Below, piece by piece: positions 37,045 through 43,174 of a stretch of DNA of 43,174 nt; position 1 is the first letter of the stretch; every line of letters begins with the position of its first letter. Source of the DNA: Jimgerdemannia flammicorona. Lineage: Eukaryota. The stretch is from assembly GCA_003990765.1 (NCBI GenBank), contig RBNJ01000080.1, positions 1 to 43,174 on the forward strand, in the 5' to 3' direction. A program made the translations under genes and the position numbers. The notes under the pieces were generated by a model that had not been told where the DNA came from, searched no databases, and saw nothing but the letters and a program-made list of their open reading frames with translations.

Positions 37045-40000
37045 AGGAGCAAACGACGAAGGGACGGGAGCGACGACCCTTGCGCCTTGCTTTGAATTGT
37101 TTTTTCGTGCTGTCATTGTTGGGTGTGGGGAGGGGGCAAAGGCACGTCAATACGTAATATATATATATGGGGGTATGCTTCGAAAAAACCAAATCGTGAC
37201 GTCATTATTATATGGCAAGCATACACTGTTTTCACATTTCTTAACCGCCTTTTGTTTCTGACTTGTATGCAAAGAACAGATATCTTTTTTATTCATTTAA
37301 TATAATATATCTATAGTAAGCCGTGAAGTATAGATTATATGGGGCGTGCTGCAACAAAACCAGACAAAGTGAAATGATTCCACCATAAGGAAAATTTTTT
37401 GACGCGAGTTTGTTGGGAGCCATCCGAAGGTAAAGGTGTGCCATGTCTGATTGAAACTCGGGTTTGTCAGGGCTACTCCTTTCTGATGGATGATCTCTGT
37501 CACGGAATTCTCAGTGTGGATTTCGAATTAAGGCCTCTCCTCCATCAGTTTGTCAAATAATGGCGAAGTCAGCAGTAAAGTTGACTCATAGTATGTAGTC
37601 TACTGGTTGTGAAAAATCAAGTGGCTAAAGAATCATCTCACCTTTTGTGATGTGTGGCTTTCTCGAATCTAACTAACCTTTTTGATCTACATGAGCAGGT
37701 GGTGTAGAGTAAACAATACCCAATCTGATGCTTTGACTTTTATTTGAAAAAACTTTTTTTTTTTTTTTTTTTGAGTATATAATAATTTTGCTAATAATAA
37801 ACTTCTGTGAAAATGAAAACATTCTGTCTGACCATCATATATAAAGTCAAATAATACAATAATATTTGCTCAGTAAAAATAAATTTTGCTCACTTATATA
37901 TATATTCAATATATATACTTAATTATAAATACTAGTCTGAAGAAAATATCTATTATAAGTATTAAATTTTCACATTATGCTAGTTTTCAATTTTGTTTCT
38001 CTGTAGGAATTATTATACTTATTCTATATATACTTGTTTTATTAAACTATTATATCTGACTTATTGAAGACCTTATCTATATTTATATTTGAATAATTTA
38101 ACTATAAGTATATACTATAATATATATATTTTATTCTTGCTCAATTACTTTGAGTATACTGACAAATGTGCCCTATATTGTATTTTATATATATACTTAT
38201 ACAATTTACTTTGCTCATTATATACATATAGATTCTATTTAGATATTATAAGCAAAAATTTCACTAATCTATTTAATCTATTAAAGATATATATCTCTAT
38301 CTTTAATGACTATATACTTAAATTGAAAAAATACTATCATCTTTACTGCTTATATATCAAAATCAATTTCAGTTTATCAGTATATCATTTTATTCTCTTT
38401 ATGATCAGTATTTATATTTGATAGGCTAGTCTCTATATCAAAATAAGCTCAACTATTATGAGTATACTGATAAATATATATTATATTGTTTTTTATATAT
38501 ACTTATATAATTTGCTTCATTTATTATGTATATGTAGATTCTGTTTAGAAAATTATCCAAACACTATATTATTTTAGAATATTTATCAATAAGCTCTTTA
38601 TTAGTTAAGTGTGATTATTCTTTATAAAGAAATAGTATAGTATGGCTAATATTGAACTCAACTATTTAATATATAGTAATACTCCTACTATCAAATATAC
38701 TTTTTCTATTAAGATTGTGAGGTCTCAACTTATTAGATCTCTCAAGAAATAGATCATATAAGAAAAATTGAATCATTTCAAAAATACTAATGTTGATAAA
38801 TTTATACTCTAGAGAGTTTCCATTTCTCTTAATAATAATACCAACAATATGCTTGGGTAGCTTGTATTCAAAGATAATAAAGCCAAGAGTATTCAAAAAT
38901 TACTCTCAATATAAAGATTATCAATATACTTCTCTGAAAAACTTACTAATGACTACATCTATATCATTATTAAGCTACTGATTGGTGAGTAATAAAAAAG
39001 TGATACTTCTGGATTTATTTCACTCATCTTTTATTTCTTAATTGCTTACTTGCTCTTGCTCTACTATATACCATCTATATCTAATATCATTACTTTATCT
39101 ATATATATCTTCTTATTCTTACTCCTATTCTCATTTTGCTACTCTCAACTATTTGCTATATATCTATATTTATCTGTATCCTTATTATCATCACTCACTT
39201 ATACTATATCATACCCTATTATTCTTTCATTTATGTTACTTCACACTTTTCTATATTATTATTTATCTATATCTTTACTACTATTATCTATTTACACTAT
39301 ATTCTATCTATTTCTAAATTACTTACTCACTTACTCTTACTTTACTATCTTATTATCACCTGTCCAACTTGTTCAACTTTCCATCTCTACCTACTATCAG
39401 CATCTGCTCAAGATATATATTTACTCTCTATTCTGATTTATAACTTTACTTTATTTAAAACACTGCTTACTCACTCACCTATACTCTTTTATTTCTCTAG
39501 ATATACTTTTGCTCATTCTGATTTATAACTTTGCTCTGCTCACTCTATTTTTCAATTACTCAATTTTTCTCTGTTTTTCTCTAGAAGCTTCTTTAAAAAG
39601 AGACTGTGAGCAAAAGCCTGAACTTTTAAAAAAGACTCAAAAGATTTTCAGTATTATAAGTATCTTCAGAATAAAGATATTTGAGACAACTACAGTAGTT
39701 GATTATCTGAAGTCTAGTAATTAGATATATATATTATTATATAACTCAAATAGTACTTGCCTACTTAGTTTGACTTTATATTTAATATTTATAGTAGCTA
39801 TAAGTTTTATATGAGATTCTAAACTTTTATAGCTTCTGTACTGAGGAGAGAATGATTTTTATAGATAAGATAATTTATATTAAGTATCTAGAGAGATATT
39901 AAATATATTTTAGATATATATTCCTTCAGCTGCATTACTTTAGAAAGTTGGTATTCCTCAATATGCTTTATATATACTATGATATTCATACTGTCAACTA

Positions 40001-40088
40001 CTTCAATAATCTGTTTTATCTGCTCTATATTAGTAAGCATTCTATACTCTAGTATAACTAATATCTCATTCTGAAATTTGACTTATTA

Positions 40089-42144
40089 TATAAGCATACA
40101 ATCTCTAAGTCACTGAAATCACATATCACCCTCAGAATAAGTCACTAAAATCACATGTAATCTCTGAACAAATCTGGAAATTATCTATAAGATTATGAAG
40201 CTGAGTCAAACCAAAGTCATAGTATATAAAGCTGAGTCAACTCAAAGTCGCAGAATACAAGATTTATACAAATGGAGTCTTACTAATTAGGACTGAATAT
40301 ATATATACTAAGCACTTAGATATATCAAAATAGAGAACTACAATAAACTAAATAAATAACTCCAACTCTTGAACATATATACAAATATGATCACTGAGAT
40401 CTACAACTATATCTGTACTGACATTTGGAATGCCATTATCAACCAAGCCACACCCTCTCTATCTCTTATAAATATCTATAGCCTAGTATCTCTCTACTTT
40501 GTAGAAGTCTGATAGAATACTCTGAATATACTTAGTGAAGTCCACTAAATCAGACAAATCTCAAGCTACTACTAGATTGACTGCCTCTTAGAAGATATGA
40601 TTGAATACTACCATAATATAGATATTACTCAGATATCTTAATACCAGAAACTCATCATATATAAATACTGAGAACTCTTCTATGAGTACATTCTCTATCT
40701 CTGAGTTACTACTACTGAAATGATTACTATCCTATCCTATAGCTAAATTGATGATATAGTATAAGATTTTAACTATAAGTATATTGAGTATATTCAAACT
40801 ATAGATAGAACCTTCTTGTATCTCAACAACTATATCCTGCAAATGCCCTAAGTTGGATATATCATAAAGGATGTCTATAATATAATCTGATTTAATGATA
40901 ATGAAGTAAAAGATAATGATCTCTCTGATGCTAATATGATCTTGAGTCAAGGATCTCTGCCAACTCTGATCACTCTGCCAATCTTGCCAATAAACTTACA
41001 ATAGTTCATAACCACTTATGTGACCTATTGGGATAATGACCACTGGTATGAGTACCAATCTACATTTATCTCTGATTACTTCAACTATAATGAAGAGACT
41101 GGAGAATACAACCTATATCTCCAGACAACTCTTGAGATTGAACCAACAACCCCATCATCTGAGTATGAGTAATATGAATTATAACTACCAGTATACTATA
41201 ACTCTACAATACATAGTATTATAACTTATAAAAAGTATGCAGACAGCAAATCTGAGGAAAGTGAAGATGATGTACTCCTTCTTTACTCACTAACTCCTTA
41301 CCCAGCATATGAAACAGATAATGCTATTCTGTAGAATAGTAATGAGGTTCTAATATATTATTATCTCAGTGAATAGGAAGAAGTAATTCACAAACTACTT
41401 TTTCTAGATAACTATTTTATCAGAGATAATATCATCAATGGTAATATTATCAAAAACTACTCAGATAGTATCTAAATCTATAAATAACTTAGTAGTCATT
41501 AGTATAGTTAGATTAGCCTCATACAATATGACTGTAAACCAGTCAGATGATCTCTTGATATATCAGATCATACTTGTACTATATGACTATATTTCGACTC
41601 AGTAAGGCACTAAGTACTATATCTATATTCAGTATAGTCTAGATAGCCCCTCACTAGTATAAATACTCCCTCCCCAAGACCTCAGAATCTCAGACTTGAA
41701 TATACAAGAACAATTCTAAGCACTTTCTCATAATATCTCTTTATATAACTACTCTTAGTATAGTAATATTATAAATAGTAAATAAATTTATTTAATAACT
41801 CATAAACTACTCTTAAGTAAATCTACTCTCCATTAGGTCCTACTCCTAACCATATTATAAAATTTCCTAATTGGATATTATTTATAGCAATATACTGATT
41901 CAACTAAGCTGATCTTAGTTTCTTGAACTTTCTGAAATATAGAAAATCCTGAATATCCAAAACTAGTCCAAAAAAGGACTTTGGTTGAGACATCAATCTG
42001 ATCTTGAAATCAATAAGTATAGAGGATATACTCTATATAAAATTAATCTTGACCTTAAGAAAACAGTCTTTCAGAATATCCAGAACTTTCAGAAAACCCT
42101 TCCAGAACTATATAATAATTATTCTAATAAGTAACCCTCTTATA
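40089..42144. mobile_element. About 2.06-kb LTR-like element (solo LTR candidate), heavily deaminated, with TATTA target-site duplication
   Basis: Ends TATAAG...CTTATA (TGTAAG...CTTACA after reversing G>A/C>T; the right end is confirmed by the intact copy). TATTA at 40084-40088 and 42145-42149. Short tandem repeats at 40107-40260. Confidence 0.62.
40387..41763 (+). pseudogene. Fossil ORF inside the LTR-like element
   Basis: ATG at 40387. Frame +1 reads as protein-like, D/E/Y-rich sequence over more than 400 codons (e.g. YVTYWDNDHWYEYQSTFISDYFNYNEETGEYNLYLQTTLEIEPTTPSSEYE) with scattered stops and no obvious frameshift. The end point is approximate. Confidence 0.5.
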
Positions 42145-42727
42145 TATTATCTATTAGTATTAGTAGCCCTTTTATCAAAATAGAGAAGTGTTTTAATAAT
42201 AAAATCAATAGTATGCTAGTAAACTTTATTAAACAATATACAAAAGAGCTTAGTTATTCTAAAGTTAGTAATTTGATCAAAACCAATAACCCTACTTAGT
42301 CTCTAAATGATGTTTTGGTGAGTATCATTCTCTTATTCATTATATAATATTTAACTCATTATTAATATACTATTTTACATAAAGAAATTGACCAGTAAAT
42401 ATAAATATACTCTTTTTGTCAAAATGATATCTTAGCAAATAATAGTATGTTCACAGATAATATAATGAGGATATCTAATACTATTAAAAAAGTCTGCCAG
42501 ATTGAGCAGTTCTTCAAAAAGAGGTTCTTTACTCTACTAAAGAAAGAATACAGAGATCTTAGTAGTCATAATACTATTATTAGTAAGTATTTTCTAATCA
42601 GTATTATTCTAGTATTTTGTATAAAGATTAGTCCACTTACTAAAACTATCATTGTCTTGGATCATTATGAGCTATATATATGATATATATAATTTTATAG
42701 ATAATGAGATCAAAACTATTATCTAAT

Positions 42728-43174
42728 TGTAAGAGGGTTACTTTTTAGGGTGACCGTTACGTAGTTCTAGAAGGGTTTTCTCGAGGTTCCGGATATTCTG
42801 GAAGACCGTTTCCTTATGGTCAAGATCAATTTCGTATGGAGTACGTCCTCTATGCTTATTGATTTCAAGATCGGGTTGACGTCTCAACCAAAGTCCTTTT
42901 CTGGACTAGTTCTGGATGTTCAGGATTTTCCGTATTTCAGGAAGTTCAAGAAACTAAGACCAGCTTAGTTGAATCGGCGTATCGCTGCAGACAATACCCA
43001 ATTAGGAAATTTCGTGACAGGGTTAGGAGTAGGACCTAACAGAGAGTGGATTTACTTAAGAGTGGTTTGTGGGTTATGAAATAGGTTTATTCGCTATTCA
43101 TGATATTGCTATACTAGGAGTATTTGTGTGAAGGGGTATTGTGGAGAAGTGCTCAGGAGTTGTGTTCGGATTGT
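42728..43174. mobile_element. Young, unmutated copy of the same LTR-like element in opposite orientation, running off the window
   Basis: Starts TGTAAGAGGGTTAC. Its reverse complement aligns to ~41710-42144 and differs mostly by C>T/G>A in the older copy. Confidence 0.85.

Larger units (their letters stand above)
37753..42727. repeat. AT-rich, CpG-depleted block of decayed repeats/transposon relics
   Basis: Abrupt composition shift after the poly-T at ~37754-37772. CG is almost absent and TA is abundant. The listed ORFs are Y/I/L-rich artefacts. Confidence 0.85.

Noticed and set aside
37754-37772. Poly(A) tail of a minus-strand LINE at the edge of the AT-rich block
   Set aside because: No RT or endonuclease remnants are readable, and similar homopolymers occur throughout the window.
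38666-38800. Possible eroded Tc1-transposase FGGGS-like motif (KSIFDSRSITI) on the minus strand
   Set aside because: It requires many assumed back-mutations, and no DDE residues or TIRs could be identified.
38089-39724. Several Y/I/L-rich ORFs that look like membrane proteins
   Set aside because: Compositional artefacts of the AT-rich, deaminated repeat block.

Overview
Intron-rich, gene-dense fungal DNA. The gene content and style suggest an early-diverging fungus, plausibly Mucoromycota/Endogonales (inference). Genes in order: 3' part of NOT1 (+), RBM42-like RRM gene (-) head-to-head with mitochondrial PSD1 (+), an orphan 7-TM protein (-), a 1.8-kb long-TIR transposon relic, a SulP/SLC26-STAS anion transporter (+), a five-exon SECIS-binding protein 2 gene (-), BUB2/cdc16 (+), a small orphan ORF (+), a GPI-type chitin deacetylase (+), a coiled-coil/alpha-kinase (-), a secreted MINPP-like phytase (-), RRP17/Nop25 (+) and TFB3/MAT1 (-). 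From about 37.75 kb the window is an AT-rich, C>T/G>A-eroded repeat block. The main find is only visible after splicing: what the ORF track shows as an ankyrin protein plus an unrelated low-complexity ORF is one 955-aa SBP2 (K-rich Sec-incorporation motif plus L7Ae RNA-binding domain) fused in frame to about 7 C-terminal ankyrin repeats. That points to selenocysteine-recoding machinery in a fungus, with an architecture I do not know from animal SBP2, and it lies tail-to-tail with a sulfate-permease-family gene. A second notable feature is a 2-kb LTR-like element with a 5-bp target duplication and a fossil ORF. An unmutated inverted copy nearby shows RIP-like CpG and CpA deamination directly. 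All family calls come from motif recognition by eye; no searches were run.
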